From assembly GCA_951406725.2 (NCBI GenBank), contig OX597816.1, forward strand, positions 96,162,001 through 96,226,000: a stretch of 64,000 bases of DNA. Reading direction: 5' to 3'. A program made the position numbers and the translations under genes. Numbering within the stretch: position 1 is the first letter of the stretch; each line of letters opens with the position of its first letter. Below, piece by piece: positions 25,472-38,630 of this stretch. Below the pieces are notes generated by a model. The model saw nothing but the letters and a program-made list of their open reading frames with translations, was not told where the DNA came from and did not search any database. This stretch comes from Octopus vulgaris. Taxonomy: Eukaryota.

Positions 25472-25732
25472 GCGCCAATCAAATGACTGAAACACGTAAA
25501 AGAATAACAGAATATATATATTATATATATAATTTTCTCTTTCCTCTGTTTATACTTTTTTCTAATAAGAACAATATAATACACCTAATAATAATAATAA
25601 TTGATTCCCTTTTATGCATATACATATATATATAAATGTATAGATAAGTATTTATGTATATTTATGTATATGTAAAAGTGTGTATATATGTATATATTTA
25701 TATTTATAACTGAACCTTATGAACTTTCGAAA

Positions 25733-25858
25733 CTCTCTGACGAGATCCAGAGGCAAATACAAGTACCTTAATCTTATCTACCAAATACTTCAGTTCACTG
25801 AAAGGATGTAAGTAAAGTGGGGTACTATGACCTCTTGGCTGAAAACAGCTGTAAGAAG
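25733..25858 (+). ncRNA. Hammerhead-like motif with long stem II, in a probable PLE terminal repeat
   Basis: CTCT-CTGACGA-GATCCAGAGG..CCTCTTGGCT-GAAAAC-AGCT-GTA-AGA. Palindromic ACAGCTGT stem III and GUA site. Confidence 0.65.
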
Positions 25859-26052
25859 CTATTCTAATTTCTATGTTCTACGTTATATATTTCAATAATT
25901 ACTGTTATTTTTATATATGTAGAGTTTAATATGTTATACATGTATGTATATTGTTATAATTGTTATTTTTTAAATAGATACTTAATATAATGTCTAAAAG
26001 TTGATGAATACCACCTCTTGATCCCCTCCATTTTCTTATTGCCGTATATCTA

Positions 26053-26131
<79 letters not shown>

Positions 26132-26133
<2 letters not shown>

Positions 26134-26620
26134 CTATTTATAAAACTGAAATGCGAAAAGCTTGTTTGTTTGTCTGGTTTTGGCATTGAGAACGGGTTAA
26201 AGGCCACTAGATCCCGTCGGATTGACTCCAAAATTTACAGAGACATGTAAAATGAGGTGACGATGCCAGTGAGCTAGGTTAGAAACCCCCCATCTTAAAA
26301 GATGTCGTTGCTAGGGCCAAAAACGCACTTTGACAAGTCGAATCTCATTCTTTTATGTATCTGTCTTCCTCCGTCACTCACTATCTTTCCTCCCTTCCCA
26401 TCACTTTCTATATATAACGTCGTCTAACGGCGTCTAACTCCCCTTCACTTTCTCTTTATAACGTCCTCAAACGGCGTTCTATATCTCCCCCTCCTCCCCG
26501 CCTTCGACAGCGCTTTCATACTCTCTCTCTCTCTCTCTACGTCTGTCTGCATTCATAAACAGAATTATCATCGCCACCACCACCACACAATCATGAGAAC
26601 AAATTTTATGAATCAAATAT
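26132..26620 (+). mobile_element. Probable non-autonomous Helitron 5' end
   Basis: Begins TCTATTTATAAAACTGAAATG..TTGTTTGTTTGTCTG after a (TCTA)n tract, the usual TC-start pattern. No CTAG 3' end was identified. Confidence 0.45.
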
Positions 26621-26993
26621 TTATTGGGTTAATTTATATGTGTGTGTGTGTGTTCTATATATAAATATGTATATATAATGTATATATACAAAGTGTATAT
26701 ATCTGTATTTATGTATATTAAACTTTTCAATAATTTTTGATAGTTATATATAATTTTTTTTTAAATTATAAAAATAAATTAATAATTTTAATTTTAAATT
26801 TAAATAATTTAAATTTTTCAATTTTATGTTTTATATATTTTGTATATTATATTTTAATTTTTATGTTTTGGTTTATGTTTTTCACTGTTTGATTTGCCTA
26901 ATAGTGGTTTTATCTCTAATTTAATTTATATATATATATATATATAATTTGTATACATTTGTATATATAATGCGTGCACACAGACACACACAC

Positions 26994-27044
<51 letters not shown>

Positions 27045-27267
27045 GTGGTCGGTTGAGCTGAAAATATGCACACCTATGTTAAAAGTGCTGGCAAGTTTGC
27101 ATGACAACTATTTATTTCCTCAAATGAAAGGCGTGACCTCTAGGACAAAATTCCTCATCTTATAAAATGTGACCCCAGTAGACCCGAATGAAATCGGGTT
27201 ATATTAACCAAAATGTGAAAAGGGGTCTAAATGGGGCTGGAAGGGGATTAAAATTTAAAGGAGCGGA

Positions 27268-27555
27268 TGTTTAAGAATTCTCTGTTACATCAAGCTAAAA
27301 AATGTGCGCCAGCCTTTTAATCGTCAATGTGTTGCCGTCCACGATGAAGAAGTTTTGAATGCTTGTCATGGTGAGTCTACTGTCGTGAGAAAGAATCACT
27401 TCAAAACTTGGTGTTTAGGAATTTTCTTTTACATCAAGTTCAAAATTTTACGCCAGCCGTTAAACTGTCAATACGTTGCTGTCCGTCGTTAAGAAATGCC
27501 AGCCATGGTGACTCTACTATCCTCACATTCCATCCCTTCAAACTTTGGTTTCCAA
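27268..27555 (+). repeat. Diverged ~144 bp tandem duplication
   Basis: TGTTTA(A/G)GAATT..TTACATCAAG..CGCCAGCC..GTCAAT..CATGGTGA.TCTACT..CTTCAAA..TTGGT begins at 27268 and at 27412. Confidence 0.75.
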
Positions 27556-27839
27556 TATTTTATTACTTTTATTCAGCTCGCAAGTTCGTCTGTCCCTTTT
27601 AAATGTTAGTGTTTTGCTGTCTGCCTTGAAGCAGACCATTCCGTTGTTACTGCCTGATATTTATGATTGATCTTTCAAAATATTTCATTTCTCAACTTAC
27701 TCAAGATCTTTTGTTGTTTATAAATGGGAGAGAGATAGATAAAGATAGATAGTAAGAGAAAGCGAGGGAGAGTCCGAGAGAAAAGAAAAGTAAGAGAGTG
27801 GGAAAGTTAGAGAGAAAGGAGAGAGAAACAAAGAGGAAG

Positions 27840-27841
<2 letters not shown>

Positions 27842-27879
<38 letters not shown>

Positions 27880-28175
27880 GTCATCATCGTTTAACGTCCG
27901 TTTTCCGTGCTAGCACGGGTTGGACACTTTGACCGGGCTCTGGGAAGCCAGGAGGCTGCACCAGGCTCCAGTCTGATCTGGCAGTGTTTCTACAGGTGGA
28001 TGCCCTTCCTAACTCTGTGAGTGTAGTGGGTGCTTTTTTCGTGCCGCCGGCATAGGTGCCAGGGGGAGGGGTGGCAGCAGCCACGATCGGTTGGTGCTTT
28101 TTACGTGCCACCCGCACAGAAGCCAGTCAAGGTGGCGCTGCAATCGTCCACGTTCGGACGGTGCTTTTTACGTGC
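27842..28175 (-). mobile_element. SINE fragment with (GAT)n tail
   Basis: Reverse complement reads GTTAGGAAGGGCATCCACCTGTAGAAACACTGCC..CCAACCCGTGCTAGCACGGAAAACGGACGTTAAAC(GAT)n. Internal repeats of GGTGCTTTTTACGTGC. Confidence 0.75.
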
Positions 28176-28263
28176 TGAATGGAAGCAACAGAAAGTAACA
28201 ACCACACTCTTACCCGCACGTAGAGCGGGTCACCTTAAGCTAGTCTATCTATCTATCTATCTC

Positions 28264-28358
<95 letters not shown>

Positions 28359-30546
28359 GGAGAGGGCGAGAGAGAGAGAGTGTGTGTTTCTGATAAATTG
28401 TTAAATACGTACTTTCTTTCATGTATATGAAATAATGTATATGAAATAAGAATACACCCAGAGTAAACTATACGAGGTTTGTAGCCTGCAAATATGGATA
28501 TTCAGAATAATGGCTTTATATTTTGGCACAAGACCAGCAATGTTTTAGGGCAGGTGGGATTAGTCTATTACAACATCCCCAATGCTCCACAGGTGCTCAT
28601 ATTACTGACTCCAAAGAATGATATGCATAATCAACCTCAGCAGATTTTGAACTTAGCAGGTAAAAATTGGGTAGCAATGTCTGAAGCGCAAACGATTCTA
28701 CACACTCGCTATCTAATTGATGATGAAAATAATAAAAGAAAAGACGTAGTGCCTTATGTTGTGGAACTCAGTATCAATCGGAACTAAAGTGTGATTCCCT
28801 GGTTTATACTCTGAATAGGACGTTTACATATAATAACTGAGTGTTTCCTCAAACTTTGCAAAATTTCTATTGTTACCTTGTTTTTGAGTAATAATCGAAT
28901 ATGCAACTTTTATGAAGTATATCCTTAGCCAGGAAGTATGTCTGGAATTCTAAACCGTATTAAAATTGTTACAAAATTTGTCGTTGTGCACTGGAAAAGA
29001 AATTATATCTTCTTCGTATTTTCCTCCAATGCAAAGAATATTTTATGCACAGGTCTTGGAATTTCTTGAGTTCAGTCTATCGTAATAACAAAACTGGAAC
29101 TTCTATCGGTTTCTGATATTGCATTAGATTACTTGGAAATTGGAAAAACGTTACTTTCCCATCGGAATGCTATTATTTCAAAATATACAGAAAGTAAAAC
29201 CCTCAAAACATAAAACATAAATTTTGCTTCTTTGCCAGCGAAATATTTACCAAAGCTTACTATTTCCACTTATTATACAGCTTCAGATTTACTGGGGCGA
29301 TTTGTTCTTGTGTTGTTTCGATTTTGTTTTGGCTGATGGAAAAGGTGAGCCTAGAGCAGAGAATAATTACAGTTAATCAAGTATCTCTTTGGGTAACTCA
29401 GTTTATTAAAAGACGTCTATTTACTTAGTAAGATTAAGGAAAGTATATTAGTTCAGTACAGAGAAAAGCGAATAAGAGGGACGAGAGAACACGGTAGTAT
29501 AACAAGAGAAAAAGCATGAGAGAAAAGCAATATTCGTGTGTAAATAAATTTGAATGACTGGCAAAAAAAATATAGGAAATTTTTGCAGCGAAAACTGAAT
29601 GTTTTGGCTGTTTCCCACTTATAGTGATTTCAAACCGCGAATATTCTGTAATATCTTCTACATTTAAGTAGAGTATTTTAAAATTCATAGTTTGATTAAA
29701 ACAGTGCTAAAAATCAAGATAATAAGCAAGAAATTAATTATTATACTTATAAATTTAGAAACCTTTGGTTAATTTCATCAGTATTGTGTGTGTACGCATT
29801 ATGCATGTTTGTATCTATGTATGTATATATGTATGTATATATGTATGTATGTATGGATGGATGGATGGATGGACGGAGGAATGCATGCATGCGTGCATGT
29901 ATGTATGTATGCTTGTGTGTGTGTATGCATGTATGTAGAGGTGAGCGTACACTAATTTTTTAGTTGTCATTCTTTTCACAATTGTTGTCATTTCAAGAGA
30001 TTCTTCCGTTTCTTCAGTAGACATTTTAACATTTGTGTGCGTTACATTAAAAAAAATATCAGACGTCATTGAATTAGATAATATCCATTGAACCTCGTCA
30101 CAATTCAGTTTGGAGATAATGGCTAAGCAGCAATGTTTAACGTTTCCGGATCACCTCCATTGCACTAATGTCTCCTATAAGAAGACTGTATAATGCGAAA
30201 GGTGATACAAGATGGGTGTAAGAGGAAATCTCACAAGTAATATATACGACAGATTTCCAGAATTAAACGAAAGAATGCATACAAGTTTACATATGTCCAT
30301 ATACACACACACATACACACATACAAATATATATATATACATATATAACTGCTATTTCTAAACTCGGTGTGTTGGTGAGGCAATTCGTTGCTAAACCCTT
30401 AATTACTTAGTATATATACATATATAAACAAATGGATACATAGATTCACATCTACTCGTGTACACACCCATATACATAAATATATACATACATACACACA
30501 CATACATATACATGTGTATATGTATGTATATTTAAATATATCAGCA

Positions 30547-30622
<76 letters not shown>

Positions 30623-31039
30623 CATAAATACATATATACATACATGCATACACACATACATACACGTGTGGATATATAGATAGATAGGTAGATAGATAAA
30701 CAGATCGATACAGTGATAGGCGGGTGGACAGACAGATGCTTTGATGGATACCACCATGAAATAAAAAGAAAGTGAGCGTGAGTGAAAGAAGCAAGAGAAA
30801 TTAATATTTGTAAAAGCTAGAGACCTAAGAAGCTAAAAGAATTTAATTTCCGCTTGAGAAATGGTAAAGTAGAAAAGACTGGAAACAATTCCGTTTCAAA
30901 GACAGTATTTTGAGCGCAATGTCGAGCAATTTCACAGAAAAGTAATAGTTTATAAGGTGATAACTTTGCAAGAGAAAAGTAAATAACCGCATCTCTTAAT
31001 TTACCGTTTAAAAAATGGCGAATCTTAGATATTTAGGGA

Positions 31040-31168
31040 GGAGGCGTAGGCAGGCATCTCTTTTCAATAACTTGGTTTCAGGTTCAGTCCCACCTAAGGC
31101 AAATGTCTTCTACTATAACTTCGGCCTGCAGACCAATGCCTTGTGGATGAATTTAGTAGACGGAATCT
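31040..31168 (+). mobile_element. Family C SINE head, diverged
   Basis: GGTTCAGTCCCAC..GGCAAATGTCTTCTACTATA..GCCTTGTGGATGAATTTAGTAGACGGAA. Confidence 0.7.
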
Positions 31169-31174
31169 GTGGAA

Positions 31175-31493
31175 TACATCATGAAGTGAAGATCCCTTCT
31201 CCCATGAATGACCATGTAAGTGCACCTAAAAAGTTCCCCTCCAAGGCTATTTATGGAAGACCAGCAGTCGCCTATATACATATCAGCCTCCCCACTTCAG
31301 CAGTATTTTCCAAGGGAAAGATAAAGGCTGATTCAGCTTGGCACCAGTGATATCGCAACTCATTTTAACAGATGAGTAAACTGGAGTAACGTGAAATAAG
31401 TGTCTTTCTCAAGAACACGACAGCCCAGTCCGGGAATCGAACTCACAAGTTCACGATTGTAAGCTCGCCGCTCTAACCAGAGAGCCATGCACC
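31175..31493 (-). mobile_element. Second tRNA-derived CORE-like SINE family
   Basis: Reverse complement has A-box TGGCTCTCTGGTTAGAGC, B-box GAGTTCGATTCC and then GTGTTCTTGAGAAAGACACTTATTTCACG. Confidence 0.75.
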
Positions 31494-31747
31494 CATGATA
31501 TATATACGAGAGAGAGGGAGAGAGGGAGTAAAATAGAAAGAAAAATTTGATATACTTATATGTATGTGTGTGAGTGTGTCAGATATACATTAATGTGAAT
31601 GTCTTTGTGTTTATGCTGTACTTGTCCATACCACCGCTTGACAATCCAGCGTTCGTGTATGTCCCCGTAACATTGTGTTTCGGCAAAAGAAAAACGATAA
31701 GAGTAAATGCAATAGTTGTACTACCTCAAGAAAAAGGTAATGAAAAC

Positions 31748-32320
31748 TGCAGAAATGTTAGCACGCCGGGCGAAATTCGTAGCCGTATTTCGTTTGTCTT
31801 TACGTTCTGAGTTCAAATTCCGCCGAGGTCGACTTTGCCTTTCATCCTTTCGGGGTAGATTAAATAAGTACCAGTTGCGCACTGGGGTCGATATAATCGA
31901 CTTAATCCGTTTGCCTGTCCTTGTTTGTCTCCTTTGTGTTTAGCCTCCTTGTGGCTAGTAAAGAAATAGGTATTTCGTCTGTCTTTACGTTCTGAGTTCA
32001 AATTCCGCCGAGGTCGACTTTGCCTTTCATCCTTTCGGGGTAGATTAAATAAGTACCAGTTGCGCACTGGGGGCGATATAATCGACTTAATCCGTTTGGC
32101 TGTCCTTGTTTGTCCTCTTTGTGTTTAGCCCCTTGTGGCTAGTAAAGAAATAGGTATTTCGTCTGTCTTTACGTTCTGAGTTCAAATTCCGCCGAGGTTG
32201 ACTTTGCCTTTCATCCTTTCGGGGTCGATAAATTAAATACAAGTTGCACACTGGGGTCGATCTAATCGACTGGCTCCCTCTCCAAACATTTCGGGCCTTG
32301 TACCTTGAGTAGAAAAGAAA
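31748..32320 (+). mobile_element. Family M SINE trimer: head + (core-tailA)x2 + core-tailB
   Basis: GTATTTCGT.TGTCTTTACGTTCTGAG units begin at 31785, 31970 and 32154 (period 184-185 bp). Confidence 0.92.
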
Positions 32321-32369
32321 AGAATTCATTACAAAACTAAGCGATTGGTTATAATAAGGATTGGTGAAT

Positions 32370-32407
<38 letters not shown>

Positions 32408-32479
32408 AATAAAATCACATCTAATTCATTGCACTCTACCTCGCTTATGTTTTTTATCACTTGTTCTTCTCTGCTGAAA

Positions 32480-32610
32480 ACTATCGACTCCGAAAGGATG
32501 AAAGGCAAAGTCGACCTCGGCAGAATTTGAAGTCAGAGCATAAAGACAGGTGAAATATCGCTAATCATTTCGTCCGGCGTGTTAACATTCAAACCAGCTC
32601 GCCACCTTCA
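32480..32610 (-). mobile_element. Family M SINE 5' fragment
   Basis: CGAAAGGATGAAAGGCAAAGTCGACCTCGGC..CCAGCTCGCCACC. Confidence 0.8.
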
Positions 32611-33029
32611 AATTAAAATGATTATTGGAAATTCTTGCAATTATATGAACCTGGAATAGTCAAGCTGGTCTGATAACCAAATAACTCAGTAAACCTCACC
32701 TTGTATGCTTATTCCAAATTTCTTATTTTTACCAACAGAACAACAATACGATCTATCTAAATGACATAGGTTTATTTAATCTGCATGTGCAATCTTTTAA
32801 TTCTTTGATCATTTTATATCTCCAGTTATATAATATTCGTTCAATGGAGCCTATCGTATGTGCTTGTTGGGGTGCTAATTACTTTTTCTGAAGATAATTT
32901 CTGGGAATACTGAAATTAAAAGAATTTGCAAACTGGCAGGTGACACTATTCCCGAATCTTATATGTTATTAGCACCTTAGAAATCTTCTTTGCTTTGGTA
33001 TAATTTTATTCATATCAACTATGTATTAT

Positions 33030-33470
33030 TCTTTTACTTGTTTCAGTCATTGGAATGCAACCAAGCTGGAGCACCGCCCCGAAGGGTTTTAGTCGAACAA
33101 ATCGAACCAGTATTTATTTCTTAAGCCTTGTACTTATTGTTTCTGTCTCTCTTGCCAAACCGCTAAGTTACGAGAACGTAAGCACACCAACGCCGGCGTC
33201 AAGCGGTGATCAGGGAACAAACGCAGACATAAAGACACACACACACATATATTTAAGGTGATGCTCCAGCATGGTCGCAGTCAAATGACTGAAACGAGTA
33301 CAAACATATATATACGACAGGCTTCTTTCAGTTTCCATCTACCAAATTCACTCACAAGGCTTTGGTTGACTCGAGTAGAAAACACTTGTCCAAAGTACCA
33401 CGCAGCGGGACTGAACCCAGAACCATGAGGTTGGGAAACAAGCCTCTTACCACACAACCACATCTGCGTC
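33030..33470 (-). mobile_element. Family C SINE, near full length, with a short inverted copy of its own tail inside
   Basis: Head 33470-33315 and tail 33245-33030 on the minus strand. 33257-33300 is a plus-strand tail end. Confidence 0.8.
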
Positions 33471-33829
33471 TATATAAATAGAATATAAATAGAACACTAA
33501 GCCGATAGTGTACTAGCACATTATTTTATAGACACCAGAAAAATAAAAAGCATATTGCGGTTTGAACTAAGGGCAGTATATCTAAAAGCTACAAGGCAAA
33601 TTGTCTGCTGCTCTAATTTCGTGTATAACAAGTCGTTGTAACTAACTAGGTTAATCATTGATCCATTATTAACTAGGCTATTTATTGACTGATAGTTCTG
33701 GTTACAGATGCCAGGCTTATGTGAACTGTTACACTTTCTCTGGTAAGTATATCGAAATCCTCAGTTTTTTGGGTCTTTTTTTTGCTTAATCCAAAGACTT
33801 TCATTATATTTTCAGACATGCAACATATT

Positions 33830-34227
33830 CTGTTCTCTTCTAGGCACAAAGCCCGAAATTTTGGGGAAGGGGGCCTGTCGATTAGGTCGACCCCAGTACG
33901 CAACTGGTACTTAATTTATCGACCCCGAAAGGATGAAAGGCGAAGTCAACCTCGGCGGAATTTGAACTCAGAACGTACAGACAGACGAAATACCTATTTC
34001 TTTACTACCCACAAGGGGCTAAACACAGAGGGGACGAACAAGGACAGACAAACGGATTAAGTCGATTATATCGCCCCCAGTGCGTAACTGGTACTTATTT
34101 AATCGACCCCGAAAGAATGAAAGGCAAAGTCGACCTCGGTGGAATTTGAACTCTGAACATAACGGCAGACGAAATGCAGCTACGCATTTCGCCCGTCGTG
34201 CTAACAATTCTGCCAGCTCGCGGCCTT
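33830..34227 (-). mobile_element. Family M SINE dimer (head-core-tailA-core-tailB) with 16 bp TSD
   Basis: AGA(C/T)ATGCAACATATT at 33814-33829 and 34228-34243 flanks the whole dimer. Confidence 0.92.
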
Positions 34228-34795
34228 AGATATGCAACATATTAGATGTAGTATCAGTTCATGAGCATACATTCTCTTGTGGAGATTATCAATTACTTGG
34301 AGTTAGAACATAGAAGAGTTATAACATTACATGGTTAGTAACTAGATTATCAGGGTTTCTAACTTCAGAATCCACGTACGGTGAAAGTCATGTCTCGGCC
34401 TGAAACTCCGTGTTTGTGTGTGTGTGTGCGCGCGCGCGCGTTTGTGCACGCTTCTATGTCTGTGTATGTTAAATGTATAATTGTACATACGAATACATTT
34501 ACATATTGATGAATGTGTGCACGAGTATACGCCTGTGAGTGTAATTATACATTTACGTATGTGAGTTTAAGCTATTGCACTTAAAATAAAAGAATATCAG
34601 AGTAAAGGAAAGAATTAAGAGTAAAGATAGTTAGAAGAATATAGACAGGAGAATAATGCCCACAACTAATCTTTTTCCATAGGATGTAGATGTGGTCGGT
34701 ACGTCCATGAAAGTACAGGTCTTCAGTTAAAATCCCAGGTAAATCCAGGCGGTATTTTCGCCACTATTTTGAATGATTTATTCATATTGTAAATG

Positions 34796-35180
34796 TGGAG
34801 GCGCAATGGCCCAGTGGTTAGGGCAGCGGACTCGTGGTCATAGGATCGCGGTTTCGATTCCCAGACCGGGCGTTGTGAGTGTTTATTGAGCGAAAACACC
34901 TAAAGCCCCGCGAGGCTCCGGCAGGGGATGGTGGTGATCCCTGCTGTACTCTTTCACCACAACTTTCTCTCACTCTTACTTCCTGTTTCTGTTGTACCTG
35001 TATTTCAAAGGGCCGGCCTTGTCACTCTCTGTGTCACGCTGAATATCCCCGAGAACTACGTTAAGGGTACACGTGTCTGTGGAGTGCTCAGCCACTTACA
35101 CGTTAATTTCACGAGCAGGCTGTTCCGTAGATTCGGATCAACCGGAACCCTCGTCGTCGTAACCGACAGAGTGCTTCCTC
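34796..35180 (+). mobile_element. Full-length tRNA-derived SINE (385 bp) with perfect 13 bp TSD
   Basis: A-box TGGCCCAGTGG (34807-34817), B-box GTTTCGATTCC (34851-34861). TSD CATATTGTAAATG at 34783-34795 and 35181-35193. Confidence 0.93.
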
Positions 35181-35213
35181 CATATTGTAAATGCGCAGAA
35201 AGAGCGAGGAATT

Positions 35214-35282
<69 letters not shown>

Positions 35283-35569
35283 TAACAAATAGAAAGTTGT
35301 GCATACTTCATTTCATCAAAAACAATCAATTTTTTTTACAATAGGACAATAGAATTTTGTTCTTTTTTACAATAGGACAAAATTTATATTATTTGCTCTC
35401 AACCGAAGCAAGGCTATATAGTGATTTCTACACATAGAAAATCATTATAAGTTAATCTTGATTTCCAAATAAACTGGGAGATTGTGTTAGAACATAGAAT
35501 ATTTTGTTATTTACCTTGAGAGGGTCTCCCATATGGACTCATTTTGCATAAAACTACCATTTGTTACAT

Positions 35570-35800
35570 CCACCAGAACTGCCAGCTCAGGTGATTTCGC
35601 CCTGCTATGGGCTCTTCAGTGACTGTGGGATTATTAAAAAAATAATAATAAGCCCACTAGCTAATTCGAACACCCTTACCTGAAGTGACACAATACCTGT
35701 ATATCGTTGACGGGAGACTCGTCTGTTTTGTCGCTGCTGGACATATGTCAATGTGGAGCCCATTGCAGGGCGAAAACCTTTGATCTGGTAGTTCCGGCGG
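35570..35800. repeat. MITE-like imperfect inverted repeat (~45 bp arms)
   Basis: CCACCAGAACTGCCAGCTCAGGTGATTTCGCCCTGCTATGGGCTC versus GAGCCCATTGCAGGGCGAAAACCTTTGATCTGGTAGTTCCGGCGG. Confidence 0.7.
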
Positions 35801-38139
35801 TAGCATCAGATGGCTGACGTTTGTCGGCGACATTTGTGCACCACGAATCCATATGAGAGATCTTCTCAATAAAGCAGTATCCTGTTTTCTAATACAACCT
35901 CTACGTTAAGTTGGAGACTAAGATTACCTTTTGATATTAAGTCAGCTTCTGTCGCCACTAATTATTCATTATAAGTCATGTGTGCTGACAGTCGAGTACA
36001 AGAGATCCGAACCAAAGAGTTGTCTATTGTCTATGCGAAATCAGAATTATGTTTAATCTTGTAAAACATCGTGTTTAATACTGAACTAAAATCATTACTA
36101 TAAATTCTGGAAATTTCTAATTGTAAGCGTTTTGTAGAGTACGGAAGAGGTGCATTAACATATGAATACTATTCTTTATTTTAACATCGGATGTCGTTAA
36201 TTTTATATGAACTTTTTCGTAAGAAATAGAAGTTAAATAGTCGTAGGGTTAGATGATGTATTTAAATATTTTGAGATGAATATATATACAATATATTCAA
36301 AGATGTATAGAGAAATCCTGAAATATTGGCACCCTGACCTCAGAAATGGTAATCATAACTACATACGCTCTTCCCAATGATAAATATAAAAGTCATAATA
36401 GTATGTCTTCTTGCAAATCAAAAAGGTAATTGATAAAGATAGTTGTAATCCCCAATATATTTTAACGTTAATGACAATTGGTATGGAAATTGTACTTTAA
36501 AGTTGTATTAAGATTTATGGGTGAGTTGAAAAATTTAGATTAACAGTGATTTTTTTTGTGTAACTAGTAGAAAAATACCCCTATAGGGGTTGCAGCAAGG
36601 GCGGTAACTTCAATGACATCACTAACCGGGATTTTTAGAAAGTCAAAACGATTCATATGTTGTTCAAAGCCAGCTACATATGTTTGTCAGCTGGAAATAT
36701 TAATAATCAAGCTATAATGTGAAGGAAACAAATCTGTTGCCGTGTTAGATGACGAATTGGTAGAATCATTTAAGCATAGCCAGAATGCATCACATTATTT
36801 GTTTCAGTTTTCAGCACTCTGTGTTCAATTCTCACCACGGTCAGCTTTGCCTTTGCTGCTTATCTTTTCGAATTCGATAACGAAGCATCAATTGAAGATG
36901 GTAGATATGTGGAATTGGAAGAACGATCGATCTGATGCATTTTAGTATTCTTTCCTTGCTTTCTCAGTTCAAATCAAGCCATAACCTATTCGGGCTGTAG
37001 ACCTAATCCGACACCCGGTTCAGCAACACTGAGCGCTTTTTTGTGGTAAAACGGGCCAGGTTAGTTTTGAGAATACTTGCTTTCAACTAGATTTGGAATC
37101 CGTGCAACGGGTCAATGACACAGCTTTCTTTTCTAACCAAGAAATTAGCTGACTTTAAAAACAAGATTCATTTTCATTTAAACTGTTTTTATTTTTTTCA
37201 CCATTCTTTTTGCAGATTATATAAGATTGGGTTTAGCGCTTCATCATCCTTTAGGGATCTTTAGTTTACTAATCGCAGTTAATCGACTTTGTTTAATCAC
37301 TCTGTTGCATGGCGGGATCGTATTGCATGTATGTTTAATATACAAAACACACGGCTAATGTACTTATCTCCTCCACATTGTAGTGAAATATTTTTTTAGA
37401 TATGGAATGGAAGAAAGTAGGGAAAATGCAGATGAAGCTGTTCAGTGAGTATAAATATAAATAAATAAATGAATAAATGAATAAATGCTTTGTTTCAATG
37501 TTATCGTCAACTGCTGAAAAAATGGCAACATCGTCGGAAACTAGACGGAATTTTAATGTCAGTTATAGAAATGTGCTTAAGCTTCATAACAAATGGGATT
37601 ATTTTTACCATAGATAAAATCATGAGGCTTCAGTCTGAAAACGTTGACACGAAATAAGATTCTTAGGAACCTAAAGTTAAAATATGTACATCTATCTGGA
37701 AACATTAAATCAAAACTATTTGTAAAAATTACATCTATGCTTTTTTTACATGTCCTTTCAAATTCAATGTACAAATTTAGTGAAACACATGGAACACAAA
37801 TTAGAAAAAGAAGTAAAATTCCTTCACAAAAATAATATAGTCGAAGAACTTGCACAGCCTACTTCAAATATCTTAGCTTCGTGTTCTTCTAATGTGCTTG
37901 TGGAGACACAAATTTGATTATAGCAAATGATAACATTCTCTGCACATTATCAGTGATGATTTTTCAATGGTATATAGTCTGCTTTCCTCGTTCTCAAACA
38001 GAGCTCCTTACCTTTCCTTTCTTTCTCAAAAAATTATTATCTAAGGCAATAGCGAATTTTCCGTTGATTTCTGTCTTTGCACCAGTTTCGACTTCTTTTA
38101 GTTAAGAGTTATAGTGTGTGAGATTTCGTTTCAAGACCT

Positions 38140-38630
38140 TTCTGAACCTCAGTCATGGTCTCCCATGATAATTTCCCGTTGCATGCTAGGAGTAAAAGAT
38201 GGACTTTGGAAGTCGTGTATTGATATTGCCAATCCATCATAGCTGATCCCTTGTGATCATCATTTCATTATTTGTAATGTCTGCTTATTTTAGGTGCTGG
38301 TCTTCTCTTGTTCCCAATTAATTTCTAGAAGTAGGCAAAGTTTTAATCGATGGCACCGTCAATAAATCCACGCCTTACAAACATAAAGAAGTGTGCTGAT
38401 AACTACTGATAATTATTGCCAGCTTGTGTTAGATTTGAGTCCGTGGTTCATGAAAACTTTTTGATGAAGCTTTCCAAATGCACCATAGATAGCATGTGTC
38501 GTGTTGCAAATCTCATTGCTGATGGCAGCAATGATAAAGAAAACGGAATGACAATGCGGAAAGCAAGAAACCTGTCCGACTCGGTTGTTGTTGATTATCT
38601 TTTTGATGATTTGTTGAGATAACACATCCT
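38140..38630 (-). mobile_element. Degenerate RTE LINE fragment
   Basis: ORF 38413-38625 ISNEICNTTHAIYGAFGKLHQKVFMNHGLKSNT resembles the RTE ID.EI..RI..A..AFG.L..RVF....L...TK region. Confidence 0.6.

Noticed and set aside
31785-32320. Regularly spaced repeats resembling a CRISPR array
   Set aside because: Whole 185 bp units repeat with no unique spacers and no cas genes. It is a eukaryotic SINE array.
34796-34870. tRNA gene
   Set aside because: The A and B boxes continue into a 300 bp body bounded by a TSD, with no oligo-T terminator after the tRNA-like part. It is a SINE head.
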